60,221 bases of DNA, filler included, from Stramenopiles sp. TOSAG23-3 (GCA_900128585.1; 12 parts of 12 records of this genome joined end to end with filler, not necessarily neighbours in it), one strand, 5' to 3'. Shown: positions 48,000 through 59,946, counted from the first letter of the whole stretch. Numbers and translations are program-made. The notes: generated by a model from the sequence alone, not told the origin.

Positions 48000-48134
48000 T
48001 TGATAATAAAATGAGAGTCTTAAATCTAGAGCATACTTTAAAATTTGTTTTTCAAGTTAGAAAATTACCCACGCCTGCATGTTTCAAACTGACACGTTGA
48101 AAACCTTACTTCTCCCTTATGCAATTGAACTCTC

Positions 48135-49937
48135 TCACTTTTTCCCTTTAGTACCCGCATCCATCACTTCGATTACTGTCGAAGATCCATCCGTTGTTCG
48201 GGTAATTCTCTTTTTTTGCCATGGTTTTGGGCCACCTTTTCGTCTGTCGCTTTTAAACCCCTTGGAAAAATTTCTTCGACCATTCTTTTTTCCCGCCGTG
48301 GACGAATACATTTGTCCGTATCTCAAAGCGTTTCTGGTCCCATGTTCCAACTTTGCATTCGGGCTTACATTTATCAACATTACGCAACAGCTTTCAAGGT
48401 TTTTCCGTTGGGTACTTTTCGCCAGTGGAGCAAGAGAATCTTCTAAAATCCGGGTGAGTTTGCTGTTGCGAAACACTGGTCGCTTTGTGGACGAACTTGC
48501 CAACGAGCGAAAACATTCTTTCAACGCTAGCAGTGATTTATTTATCGCCGCGGTTTCCTTTTGTGCTTTGCCATGCCTGTGGTCGTAGTCGGCGCCCGCT
48601 AAATCGATCAGAAGGACAGAGCCCCCGAGCACCTTCGGGCTGTTCTCATCCAAGTCGTTCAAATCTTTCGTAAATTGATCAAGGGCTTTTTCTTTCTTCG
48701 CTTTCATTGCGCGAAGTCGGACTAGTTCTTCGTCTATTGTTTTCAATTTAGCATCGACCTCATCTTGAGGTAGGTTGAGCGATTTCATAGCATATTTCAC
48801 TTCGAGGTTCTCAATCCCCAGCCGCGTCGACCATTCTGCTAATGTCCGAGGCGTGTCACCATCTGCTACATCATGCAAGGCGTACGCGTTATCTGGGGTG
48901 TTATATTTGATCCACAGGTCGCCCGGGCAATCCAGTGGGATGACTACATTCGCCCCCTGCTTTGGGTTTACCACGCCCTTTGCGCGTAGCACCTTGCCAT
49001 AGCCTCCAGTTCCCACACTCATATCAATGTTAATGAACCGTCGTTGGTTGTCAAGATTGTCAATGGCATTCTGCAGCGCAGGCAATTCTGTCGTGATGGT
49101 GTCTATGCCGTTCCGTAACGCAAGCGACTTTTCAGTGACCACCTCCAAGCGTAAGATCGCGTGGGAACGAGAGGATTGGTCATGCGTGGTGCTGGTTCCG
49201 GATGCCCTCTGACTTACACAGCTATCGTTCAATTGCTCCAAGTCCTCTGGGATTAGGACAGCGACCGAACGAAGGCCGGTGCGAGTAATTTTCGTCGCGT
49301 GATCGCACGATAATTTGCTAAATTTGGCATTGCTCCCAGCACTGTAATCGACCTGTTCGGTGATCATAGCCCCTACTACCAATTGCCCTGAACGATCAAC
49401 CCGAAGCTTGCACGGCAGCTTTTCTTCGCCGAGTAAGTCGTACACTTCGCCCAGGTACATTTCACAAGCGGTAGCGCGAAGAAACAGCTTGTCGTCCCTA
49501 TTGGCGTTCGTCTCCATTTTTCCTAATTCACGCAGCAGCTTTTCTGCCCCAAGAAAGAACAGCCCTTTCTCTGCCCCATAACCAATAGTAGTGTGCGTCT
49601 TGCCTCCCCCAGTGTACCCGTAACAGAACATTGATGCAGTACCACCTCGTAAGCAGACGTCAATCTTGTCCGAAAAGCAGCGATCGAATACTTCCTGATT
49701 GGTTGCACGTTGTCCCAATATCGCGTCGAAGCCGTTTATGTTCCCAAACGCATCGTTCTCTTTACCATCTTTTGACTCCAACGCGAGACCTTCCAAGATT
49801 CCACAGCCTTCACCGACCTCGGATTCAGTCAAAGGTCTAACACGCACGAATACAGAAACCTTTCTTCCTTTTGCAATAGACGCCGCGGCTTTGTCGGACG
49901 GAAGGAGAGTGGCCTTTGAGGCAGACAGACTTGACAT
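48135..49937 (-). CDS. Kinesin motor protein with a large intra-motor insertion
   Basis: VFVRVRP, GYTGGGKTHT, SSRSHA, DLAGAD, INKSLLALKEC and FRNSKLTRILEDSL. Confidence 0.93.
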   Translation of the reverse strand: MSSLSASKATLLPSDKAAASIAKGRKVSVFVRVRPLTESEVGEGCGILEGLALESKDGKENDAFGNINGFDAILGQRATNQEVFDRCFSDKIDVCLRGGTASMFCYGYTGGGKTHTTIGYGAEKGLFFLGAEKLLRELGKMETNANRDDKLFLRATACEMYLGEVYDLLGEEKLPCKLRVDRSGQLVVGAMITEQVDYSAGSNAKFSKLSCDHATKITRTGLRSVAVLIPEDLEQLNDSCVSQRASGTSTTHDQSSRSHAILRLEVVTEKSLALRNGIDTITTELPALQNAIDNLDNQRRFINIDMSVGTGGYGKVLRAKGVVNPKQGANVVIPLDCPGDLWIKYNTPDNAYALHDVADGDTPRTLAEWSTRLGIENLEVKYAMKSLNLPQDEVDAKLKTIDEELVRLRAMKAKKEKALDQFTKDLNDLDENSPKVLGGSVLLIDLAGADYDHRHGKAQKETAAINKSLLALKECFRSLASSSTKRPVFRNSKLTRILEDSLAPLAKSTQRKNLESCCVMLINVSPNAKLEHGTRNALRYGQMYSSTAGKKNGRRNFSKGFKSDRRKGGPKPWQKKRITRTTDGSSTVIEVMDAGTKGKK

Positions 49938-50289
49938 TGTCTCGTTATTGGCGAGAAAATAAATATCTATAATAATATGCTAAGACGTCCCTGTCTCTTT
50001 AATAACAACATCAACAAGAACCGTTGTGCTATTTTACAATAGGGATGGAAATTCAATATTCTTGTTAAAAGTATACTTAATTACAAATATTTGTTTAGGA
50101 ACGAATGCATTTAAAGCTTTTTTTATACCAACAAGGAACAAGGAACACTCTTAAAATACATTTTTTTAAAATTATAATTTAGAAGAAGANNNNNNNNNNN
50201 NNNNNNNNNNNNNNNNNNNNNNNNNNNNNNNNNTTAATTAATTAANNNNNNNNNNNNNNNNNNNNNNNNNNNNNNNNNNNNNNNNNNNN

Positions 50290-50476
50290 AATTGGTTTTC
50301 TTTGTCCGTTCGACCGTTTTCCCATCGGTGCGACGGACAATTTGTATTTTATACTCTCGCATTGCCGATTCAGGCAAATTGCAATGACAGCAGTATTTCA
50401 TCAAATTGTAATCCTTGAACAGATCCTTCGAGCCTAATTCATTGATCAAATCGGATGTCTCTACTAGCTTGGCCAT
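50290..50476 (-). CDS. 5' part of a hypothetical protein (truncated)
   Basis: ATG ORF open to the contig edge; contains CCHC. Confidence 0.45.
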
Positions 50477-50721
50477 GATGAAAAAGTGAATCGGCCGTTC
50501 AAGCCCAAACCCAGGGCACTGAAACCAAGCTCACAACCGCTCACGAAATAATACGTCCTCCTGCTTTTAACTTCTTCGCACTCAACGGTTCATCCTTCGA
50601 GCATTCCAACAGAAAATGAGGAAATTAGAACAAATCATGAACAATAATAGAAATTGAAATTCTTAAATTTACATGTATATTTTATATACATAAGTGTAAG
50701 TAATTGATTTTCTCAATTATA

Positions 50722-51118
50722 TGAAAAGAAAGAAAAGAAAGAAAAGAAAGAAAAGAAAGAAAAGAAAGAAGAAGAAAAACATGAGAAAAATAATATTTTT
50801 TGTAACGTTTTTTTTAATATAATAGTTGTGTTAAAATACTCCTTGGCTCTTCTTTCTTCTTCTTTCTTCTTCTTTCTTCTTTCTTCTTCTTTCTTCTTCT
50901 TCTTTCTTCTTCTTTCTTCTTCTTCTTTCTTCTTTCTTCTTCTTTCTTCTTTCTTCTTCTTCTTTCTTCTTCNNNNNNNNNNNNNNNNNNNNNNNNNNNN
51001 NNNNNNCTTCTTCTTTCTTCTTCTTCTTTCTTCTTTCTTCTTCTTTCTTCTTTCTTCTTCTTCTTTCTTCTTCTTTCTTCTTCTTCTTTCTTCTTTTATC
51101 TTCTTCTTCATCTTCTTT
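50722..51118. repeat. Purine/pyrimidine microsatellites, (GAAAAGAAA)n and (TTC/TTCT)n, with an internal gap
   Basis: Directly visible; a similar tract is at 60126-60221. Confidence 0.95.
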
Positions 51119-51994
51119 TCATAATAATATTTACCCTAATATTATCACTACCAACATCAATTAAACCATTTTAACAGACACCCTAAATGAAACTCTTTCA
51201 AGAAGGACGATAAAATAATCGAAAGAAAGAGAAGAAAAAAGAGGAAATTCAACTGCTGTGTTCCTATTAATGTAATAAATTATCATCGTACTAAAATCCA
51301 AAATGGAGGATGAAACGCTGTACGTTAGAGTTAGAATCGATCGATGATATCTTCTTCTCTCTCTCTCCTTTTTTTTGGGCTGGACCAAATAAATTATAAT
51401 TAAGGATATGGTTTCTTTAGGATTATGATGTAAGACCCTTTGTTATAATAAGACTATTGTAGATATAGTGATTTAGATGAAATCATTTTGAAATATTAAA
51501 ATAACTAAATAGAATATAAAAAAGTGATATATTTAACATATACACAGCATATAGACATATATATCCTTAATTTGATCCAGCTCATCTTTAATTTTTTTTT
51601 TTTAAATTTTTTATTTATAATAATTACAGAAAAAAGAAAAAAAAAACGATTGTTGGTTCGCTACAACAAATAAATATACATTACACAATATAATGTTATA
51701 ATATAGTAACAACAACACATGTACTTTTTTTGCGAAAAAAAAAAAGAAATTTTATTTTTTTATTTATTATTTATTTAGTTCTTCATTACATAATAATTAA
51801 TACCGGTGCTACTGCCTGGTACGACAACAACAAGAAAAAGTAATAAGGGAAGAAGAACGAAAATTAACCAAGAAGAAGAAGTACGAAAAGAAAGAAAGAC
51901 ACAGACGCGAAGACCAGGGTTATCTGTTGAGCATAGTGACGACCCGTTGTTCTTTTGGTTTGAAAACGAAGGCCCCCTGTGTGTATTTAGAACC

Positions 51995-53477
51995 ATGTGG
52001 CGGGGGCGGGGGTACAGTTTGACTTTCTCGGCATTGGGCATTCGAAGGCGCTTCGTGTCAAGCACCCCAAAGACTGCCCCAAAACTGTCCGTAGTCTTGG
52101 ACTCGAATGCCAGCAGCCGAAGCATTGAAATGTTTCGATTCAAACGAAACGGGGAGTTCCACAAGGAGAACATGAGAGTGAAGGACTTGTTGCGCAAGAC
52201 CAATTTGCACGCGCGGGACTTGCTTCCCCTCGAAGGAGAGGGCCTGGGCCGTTCAGCGTCGATCCAACCAAGAGAGGAGAGTATCGTAGTCGGGGTGTCG
52301 CACGTTCGGTCGATCATCACCACGGAAGAGATGTTCCTGTTCTACCCAAACTCTTTCGCGGTCCAACATTTTGCGCAGGAGCTCTCGGCGAGCTTGAAGG
52401 AAGTAAACGACATGGAAGAACTGGAGAAGCCGCATTTCGAGCTCATGGCGCTGGAGGGGGTGCTCTCAAACGTTGCTGACAAGTATACGCGGCGGATTTC
52501 GTGCTTTGGGCCCATGATTGCTGGTCTATTGGACGAGTTGAGGGGCCCAGAGTATAAGCTAGGCCTGACGAACGACGGCAACATCGGGAGCTCCATCGCC
52601 ACTCGCATCCTGCCGTTGCGAAACACGTTGAGCTCGTACGAACGGTCGTCCGAGGGACTTATGCGTTCCTTGGAAAGGCTGATGAACGACGATGCGGACA
52701 TGGCCATGATGATGCTGTCCGAACGAAAGCGAAACCCGGAGACTGACGGCGGCCTGGACATATCGAAGCACGAGCCGATCGAGCTAATTTTGGAGGCCTA
52801 CTACCACCGGGTTGAGGAATGCGTCCAATCTGCGTTTGGGCTGCGAAAAAACATTGAGGCTACGCAAGAGCTGCTCAACATTGCCTTGGATGACAATCGG
52901 AATAGGCTGATACAAACAAATGTGCACATGGCAATTTTAACCGTAGGCCTGGCGTTTTCGACGATGGTGTATGGTCTTTTTGGTATGAATTTGGTCAGTG
53001 GGCTCGAGGAGCATCCGTACATGTTTAACCTGGTTGGAGCCGGCGCAGGGACGACTGGCATTTGCGTGTACATAGGTGTTCTGAGGTTTATGACGGGGCA
53101 AACGTTTAGTTTTCACATTAGCGACCAGCGGACACGCCGAAAAAACCGGTTCTCCAACACCATGAGGCGGCAAGATGCGATTAAACACATTCGGTCGCTG
53201 CTTCCGACGAGGAAAAGCAGCGTCCCGCCGTTTGGGGACGGGGCTGGGCTCGCTGACATCAACGAGGCGCTGCTCTGCTACTAGGAAGACAAGGGGGGGG
53301 GCGAAGGCGCAATTGAACCATGCAGGGATGCTCCAGATTTTAGAATTGACGTCGAAGAAGACGCACACCGTGGAAGACGTTCAGATTATTTTTGATGCGT
53401 TCGACAACAATGATGATGGTCTTCTAGACTATGATGATGTGGTGAATTTCGTTGCGAGCCAGTACGAGTCGAGGTAA
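51995..53477 (+). CDS. MRS2: MRS2/CorA Mg2+ transporter with C-terminal EF-hand; apparent frameshift near 53270-53282
   Basis: LHARDL, FELMALE, ELILEAY, IALDDNRNRL and the GMN signature (LFGMNL). EF loop DNNDDGLLDYDD lies in an overlapping frame ending at 53477. Confidence 0.88.
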
Positions 53478-53572
53478 ACCCGCGTGCGCGGCACATAGCT
53501 TCTTACACTGCTCTTCCTCGTTTTACACATCTCTCGCGGCGCGCCAGGCAAAGTCATTATATTATGCATATA

Positions 53573-53868
53573 TTAAAAACAAGAAAATTGGCTGTTATTT
53601 AAGTAATTAAAATGAATGTACTGCGAAGTGAACTCTAAATATATTTAAAAACTCAAGAAAATTGGCTGTTATTTAGGTAATTAAAGTACTGCGAACTGAA
53701 CTCTAAATTTCGAACTTATTTTTGCTCAAAAATATATTAAACAGGCATAAACAAAAAATAACCTTCAAAAGGAGCAGATTTACTTTCGTGACATAAGAAG
53801 AAGATAAATTTTAATAAACAGCCAATTTTCTTGTTTTTAATATATCATAAATAACAGCCAATTTTCTT
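53573..53868. repeat. Cluster of the dispersed ~65-bp element in both orientations
   Basis: Reverse copies at 53573-53640 and 53645-53710; forward half-copies at 53814-53840 and 53848-53868. Confidence 0.9.
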
Positions 53869-53876
53869 AATTAAAA

Positions 53877-55206
53877 TTACCGAGAGATCCCTCGGCTGCT
53901 GGGGCGTCTTCCAGAGCTACGACTGCTCGGCCTTCCAGACTGCTGGGTCTGGTTTCCACTGCTCTGCTCGCTAAATACATCGTGCAAATGGGCCTGTATA
54001 CTCTTTTGCATCTCTTCTAGCATCTCTTCCAACCAAGCATCTAGTCTGGATCCATTTTCAGCTACTCCTTCTTCCATTTGAAGAAACAGGGACGTAAAAT
54101 TAGGCAAGACATCGTTCTGAATTATGTTTTGAATTCGGCTGGACGGCATCGGTGCTTTGCAGGATGCTTGCTGATTGTTAAAGTGAACATTCACGGTTGG
54201 GGCAACAACGCACAGCCGGACCATGCTTTGCAACGTCTTCTCCATCGCTTCTTTCTTTCCGTCGAGCTTTGCTTTCTTAATTGCACCCTCCACCCCTGAA
54301 AGCATTTTGTTCGCCTCGTCTAGCTGCTTTTGGAGGTCGTCGGCACGCTTCTTCTCCGTTTTAGTATCGATCTGAGACCTCTTCAAATTATCGCTCGTCG
54401 CTGAGTGCGAAACCTGTTCCTTCGAAAGCGCGTCATCGGCGTTTCTTCCCCTTCGTTTGGCGTTCGATACTTCGTCCTTAAGTTTCTCGATCATGTTTTT
54501 GTACTTTTCAATCTTCTCAAGCAGCTGCTCTAGGCTGCCTTTGTTTTCCTTCTCGCTGCGCCTACGCTGGTCTAGTTCAATCTTCAGAGCGTTTAACTCT
54601 TTGCGCAATCTATCAATCTCTTCGCTTGCTTCTCGCAGTTGCTGTTGGCACACTTCTTTGTCTTCCTTTTCGCTCGTCCACTTCTTCTCTAATTCGATGG
54701 CCAGGCCCTGAAGGCGGTCTTTTTCTTTTTTCAGCAATTCAGTTGAATCTCGCTGCTTTTTCAGCAAGTCCTTCACGCGGGCCAACTCTTTCTTCAAGGT
54801 TTCAATTTCTTCCCTCAACGAGCGCTCCATCTCCCCGTGGGCACCCGAAGACTGCTCTTTGTGCATGTCAAACTCTTTTTGCAAAAATGCTAGCTCTTCA
54901 GTTAAGTTCTTAATAGTTTCGTCTTTTTCTTTCATCTTTTCCACCGTCACGGTCCTCCACTTGACCAGCTCGCTTATTTCTCCCTTCTGCTGGCCGATGG
55001 TGCTTTCGCACGAAGAGATTTTTTCCACGTTTTCCTTTGCTTGGCGCTCCAAGATCGCTTGCACTTTTTTGCTGTCCTTCAAGAGCAGCTGTGCCTTCTC
55101 TTTTTCTTCTCTTTCGTACACAATCTGCTTCTTCAAGTCCGACTCTCCGCTTCCAAGCACCTGCAATCGCTTTTCCAAAATCATTATTTTCTGCTCCGCT
55201 TTCGCG
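53877..55206 (-). CDS. Long coiled-coil protein with globular C-terminal motif (5'-truncated)
   Basis: Heptad-rich, ending in VRLCVVAPTVNV...IQNDVLPNF; open to the contig edge. Confidence 0.85.
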
Positions 55207-55697
55207 NNNNNNNNNNNNNNNNNNNNNNNNNNNNNNNNNNNNNNNNNNNNTTAATTAATTAANNNNNNNNNNNNNNNNNNNNNNNNNNNNNNNNNNNNNN
55301 NNNNNNAAACAATTAAAAAAAAGGGGATGGTAGGCCTGACTAATTGACTGGGGTGAAGGAGGGGATGGTCTGAATGACTTGTCTAAGTATGAATGGATTA
55401 ATTTATAAGGAAACATACAAGTGAAGCGCAGAAATCGACCTAGACACGGAAATGGAATTGTATGTGTAATTTATTATTGTTCGTTTCAACCGTTTCTGCT
55501 TCTTTCGCTCTTGTTCAATTTGCAAATACTACGCAATACTTCACGCCGCGGCGAACAACTCACTGTGGAGCTGTGTTTGTTATCACGGGAGTCGATAAGC
55601 CATTCTCGTGAGTCCTGGAATAGTCGTGCGTGGCCGACAGTTAAGTTAATTTGCAGGGGCTTCGTCTTTTAGTTGCCTCAATTTTTTATTGCAGGGA

Positions 55698-56786
55698 ATG
55701 CGGGAGAGAAGAAAAAAGACGAACGCAAGCAATACGCCTAAACGTAAGGTGCAAACCTCGAAAAAGAAAAGGTCCACCAGTAAACGGCGCAGAGGATCGT
55801 CCCCGTCTTCAAGCAAGAAGAAGACGATGAGCGAGGACTTGGGCCTTGATCATAAGGCGTCAGCGGACGCGAAAGAAACCACGAAGGAGGATGCACCGGA
55901 AAATCAGGGGAAAGACGCCGCTGATAAATTTGCGGCGGGCAAGGCGTTGAATTTTTACACTAACGTTGGCCTGTTTGTTGTGGCGGCAGTGACCGCGTTG
56001 ACATGGTTGTTGGTTCAAAATAGCGATGGTTCGAACAACTACTTGTTCGTGTGGTCCTATTCATGGATGACGGCCGTTTGCACCGGGATCGGGGCCGTTC
56101 CATTTTTTCTAGTTGACGACGTAAGTCAATTTTGGTTCGGTATTTGCAACGCTACCGCGGGGGGCATGATGATCGCGGCGAGCGCCATCCTTGCCTGGGA
56201 AAGCTTGAGTGCGACGGATGACATGAAGCTCGTCAAACTCGTTATCGGGGGCGTGGTAGGGGTTATTTTTGTGCGCGTCAGTCGGAGCAAGTTGGAGCAG
56301 TATGAAAATTTGAAGTTGGGCGGGATAGAAGGGCTGAATGCTAGAAAGGCCGTTTTGCTGATGGCCGTCATGACGATTCACTCGTTGTCCGAGGGCATCG
56401 GCATCGGTGTCGCCTTTAGCGGCAGCGCAGGGCAGCGGCTGGGGACCATGATTTCTTCCTCGTTAGCAATCCACAACATCCCCGAAGGGCTAGCGGTAGC
56501 GTTGGTGCTGGTGCCCAAAGGGGTCTCCCCGAAAGGGGCGCTTTTTTGGAGCATTTGTTCCAGCATACCCCAGCCTCTTCTTGCCGTCCCCACGTTTGCT
56601 TTTGTAGCCCAGTTCCTATATTTTTTGCCCCTCGGGCTGGGGTTTGCCGCCGGGGCAATGGTCGAAGTCGCACTGACTGAGTTGCTACCGGAGGCCCTGG
56701 AGATGACAGGCTCCACCTGTACCACTTACTGCGTGTGCGCGCTTGCCGGGGGAGTGATGATTGGGTTCCAGCTTTTATTTATTTAA
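55698..56786 (+). CDS. ZIP family (ZupT/GufA-type) metal transporter
   Basis: TIHSLSEGIGIGV, AIHNIPEGLAV, GFAAGAM and ELLPEA. Confidence 0.93.
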   Translation: MRERRKKTNASNTPKRKVQTSKKKRSTSKRRRGSSPSSSKKKTMSEDLGLDHKASADAKETTKEDAPENQGKDAADKFAAGKALNFYTNVGLFVVAAVTALTWLLVQNSDGSNNYLFVWSYSWMTAVCTGIGAVPFFLVDDVSQFWFGICNATAGGMMIAASAILAWESLSATDDMKLVKLVIGGVVGVIFVRVSRSKLEQYENLKLGGIEGLNARKAVLLMAVMTIHSLSEGIGIGVAFSGSAGQRLGTMISSSLAIHNIPEGLAVALVLVPKGVSPKGALFWSICSSIPQPLLAVPTFAFVAQFLYFLPLGLGFAAGAMVEVALTELLPEALEMTGSTCTTYCVCALAGGVMIGFQLLFI

Positions 56787-57642
56787 TTCATTAGGCCATG
56801 CGACGGGAGGAAGAGGCGCAACAGTAAACTTCTGGACAAATTGTAATAAGTAGTAGTATCTTACGAAGTACCAGTAATATAATATTCTCCTCTACGTTGG
56901 TATATTGTTATATTGATGATGAAAAAAATCCAATTATTTATATAAGTATTTGTATATTATGTTTCCTATTATAATAATACATTATTGTATTTCTATTTTT
57001 ATAAATAAGAAGGCACAAAAAGAATAATTAAATACTTGGATGTAAATAACAAAAGTATAATTATGTCCTATATAATATTATAAGAGTATATACTCGTAGT
57101 CGTTTAATAATTATAATGCTGTGTTAATGTATTAATATTATTTTCTTTTTTCTTTTTTCTTTTTTCTTTTTTTAATAGTCCTAATAAAATCATAAATAAA
57201 AAATTTGAATTAATTATTCTTCTTCTTCTTCTTCTTCTTGTTCTAAATAATAAATATTAATTACATCCAATACCAGCTACAACACCAAACTAAATAAAAA
57301 ACAAAGGAGCAAATAAAATATCAAATCATCAATCAAATCTTTCTGCCTCCTTGTCTAGCTGTACCTCCTTCTCCTCATCATTATTCTTCAACAAAAAAAA
57401 AAAATATAAAAATAATAATAATAATAATAATACTACAGTACTGTAGGACTAATATAAATAATAAAATACCTTGGTAGATCGATAAAAAGAAAAGGAATGT
57501 AACAATCAGAGTTATGTATATTATAAAGCGGAACAAAGAATAATAAGAAATATAATGAAAGTAAATGTACAGAAAAAGAAGAAAGGATTGTGCATGGACA
57601 AAGAGAGAAGATTTTGTGAAACGATTAGCGTACGTAGTAAGA

Positions 57643-58101
57643 ATGGTCAAAAGAGAAGTTGGAAGTAGTAGTTCCGGGAGTCCGGTGAAAAAGGCAAAGA
57701 TTGCCACGGGTCTGAACGATGACGGTACCTTGACTTTGGAAATGGCGAAGAAGGGCCAGCGGTATCCTGAAGAATCCCCAGGGTCAGGGGATTATGTTTT
57801 CTACCAAACTTTGTACAATGAGAACCCGGAAAGTATCATGGCGCTGGTGTGGTGCATCGAGCACGGGGTGTTTTCAAACGAGAAGGCGAAGGAGCTGAAC
57901 AAGGAATATTTGAAAGCGAAAGAAATATTCATGAAAACGAACAAGGCGTCCGCCAAGGCCACAATAGACTATACGAAAGATGGATCTCTCGAAAAGAAAA
58001 AGAAGAAAAAGAAGAAGAAAGTCACCGTAACAGATTTAGCTGGTGACGCTGGAATGTCCATTGCAGTGTCGGAAGGAATTGGAAGCGTTGTGTACGCATA
58101 A
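57643..58101 (+). CDS. Uncharacterised Lys-rich protein with a conserved-looking core
   Basis: Core GQRYPEESPGSGDYVFYQTLYNENPESIMALVWCIEHGV; likely start is MVKREVG. Confidence 0.75.
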   Translation: MVKREVGSSSSGSPVKKAKIATGLNDDGTLTLEMAKKGQRYPEESPGSGDYVFYQTLYNENPESIMALVWCIEHGVFSNEKAKELNKEYLKAKEIFMKTNKASAKATIDYTKDGSLEKKKKKKKKKVTVTDLAGDAGMSIAVSEGIGSVVYA

Positions 58102-58611
58102 ACCTTCTCTTTCAACAGTTACTACTACTATGAAAAAGCATAATAATAGTCTCGTTCTGGCGCGCGGGGGGCGTGGTGGCGGTGGTCTTCTCTTTCACGA
58201 AGAAATAAGGATTAAATAACATTCCCTTACTTCATTAACATAATTTTAACTTACTATTGATCTTATAGCGACAACGCACATATTATTATCGTAGTACTAT
58301 CCTTAATTTTCAAAGCAAGGAAGAAAAAAAGAAGAAGCAGCAGCCAGCGGAGCCGCCAGCCGCCAGAGGACGGACGGAGAAAATAAAGCACAACAAGAAA
58401 GTGCAGGACACAATCCAGCATGTTTCGTTTTGATCTTTAAATTCAATGTAAAAATAAATAGAATCTTTACGTCGATTTGGTTGTCTGACGTACTGAAAAT
58501 AACGAACCAAAAAGGTGTCTGCCAAATTCAATTTGTTGCAGTATTTTTTAACGATCGCCAATACCACCACCACCATCACGTAAACACCGCTCGCGCATTT
58601 CAATACTCAGG

Positions 58612-59946
58612 ATGTTGTTCACCGTTTTGTTTGCGCTTTTAATTGTAGCCGCTTCTGCGTATTTCGTTTTTGGGAAGGGGGACTCTGGAGAAAAGGAGAA
58701 GCCGGCTCGCAACAACGATGCTACTGAAGAAGAATTGGCTCCAACCAACCGAAAAAAGAAAAAGGGGAAGAAAAAGTCCATCATGGTAAGCAATCCTGTA
58801 GGGGGGGGCAAAAAGAAAAAGAAAGCTGGGGTTCCGTCCCACCCGCGATTCCTGAACATGGTTAAGGGGCACTCTCAAAACATCGACGTCTGCGCCCTGT
58901 CGCCGAACGGAAAGTGGCTTGCCACGTCGGGCGGGGATCAACAGCTGCGCGTGACGCAAGTCAACAGTGGTTCGAAGCGAGTGAGCGGCGGGGAAGCCAT
59001 CTACTTTCGCATAAACATCGACCGGGACACGATCAGCTCCCTCTCTTGGGCATCGGACAGCAGCACCATTGTCGCCGCGATGGAAGGGACGAAGGACGTC
59101 TGTTACTTTCGAATGCGCAAGAACAAAAACGCGGCGGCGGACGGGTCTGGGTTCAAGTACGAGCTTATTGAGTTGAAAAAGAGGAGGTTTTCCACCGCGC
59201 ACAAAGGCCCGGTTCAAAGCTGCATCATCGATACAGCATATTCGTCCCCAGTGATCGTGACTGCCGGGGACGTTTCGGCCGACAAGTCCATCTGCGTCTG
59301 GGGCAACGATGGGATGAAACTTGGCCAGGTGTCCAACCCGTACTCTAGCCAAGGCGTTCGCCTGTCAACTGACGGACACTTTATTGCCCCAAGATGCGAT
59401 AGTACAGAAATCAAGCTGTTCGAAATCGTCAGGAAAAAGGTAAAAGGGCAGCCAGAGGCCATGTTCGAGGCCGTCAACCCAAAGTCAGTGATGACATTGA
59501 GCGGGTTGCACAAGAAGAAAGTGACCGATGTAGTTTTTGGCGGGCACGATGCCCCCGTTGCCCATGGCGATTGCGATCGCTGCGTCACGTGTGGGCTGGA
59601 TGGTTCAATAGGAATCTGGGGGATTGATGTGCATTTCAAGTTCAAGGAAGACCCAAAACTGTTGTGGGGTGGGATGCCGCACGGCGACGCGGCGTACTCA
59701 AAGATTGCCCTCTCACCAGACGGGAGAAGGCTTGCTGCTAGTACTTTTTCCGGTGACATTCATCTTTTCACCATCAAAACCGTCGGTGAAGAAACGTGCA
59801 AATGCACACCAGACATTGTTATCGAAAGCAAAGATGCTGGTGGCACAGGTTTGAAATACATGGAATTCAGCCCAAGTTGCCAAGAATTGTATACCTGTGG
59901 TATTATGAGCAAACACGCGTATGTTTGGGATGTAAAAAAGCAATAA
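58612..59946 (+). CDS. TBL2: WD40 protein with N-terminal TM anchor, transducin beta-like 2
   Basis: Signal anchor, Lys-rich linker, HPRFLNMVKGH..LSPNGKWLAT and WGIDVHFKFKEDPKLL. Confidence 0.85.
   Translation: MLFTVLFALLIVAASAYFVFGKGDSGEKEKPARNNDATEEELAPTNRKKKKGKKKSIMVSNPVGGGKKKKKAGVPSHPRFLNMVKGHSQNIDVCALSPNGKWLATSGGDQQLRVTQVNSGSKRVSGGEAIYFRINIDRDTISSLSWASDSSTIVAAMEGTKDVCYFRMRKNKNAAADGSGFKYELIELKKRRFSTAHKGPVQSCIIDTAYSSPVIVTAGDVSADKSICVWGNDGMKLGQVSNPYSSQGVRLSTDGHFIAPRCDSTEIKLFEIVRKKVKGQPEAMFEAVNPKSVMTLSGLHKKKVTDVVFGGHDAPVAHGDCDRCVTCGLDGSIGIWGIDVHFKFKEDPKLLWGGMPHGDAAYSKIALSPDGRRLAASTFSGDIHLFTIKTVGEETCKCTPDIVIESKDAGGTGLKYMEFSPSCQELYTCGIMSKHAYVWDVKKQ

Noticed and set aside
50713-51124. Lys/Glu/Arg-rich and Phe/Ser/Leu-rich ORFs
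   Set aside because: They are translations of microsatellite sequence spanning an N gap.
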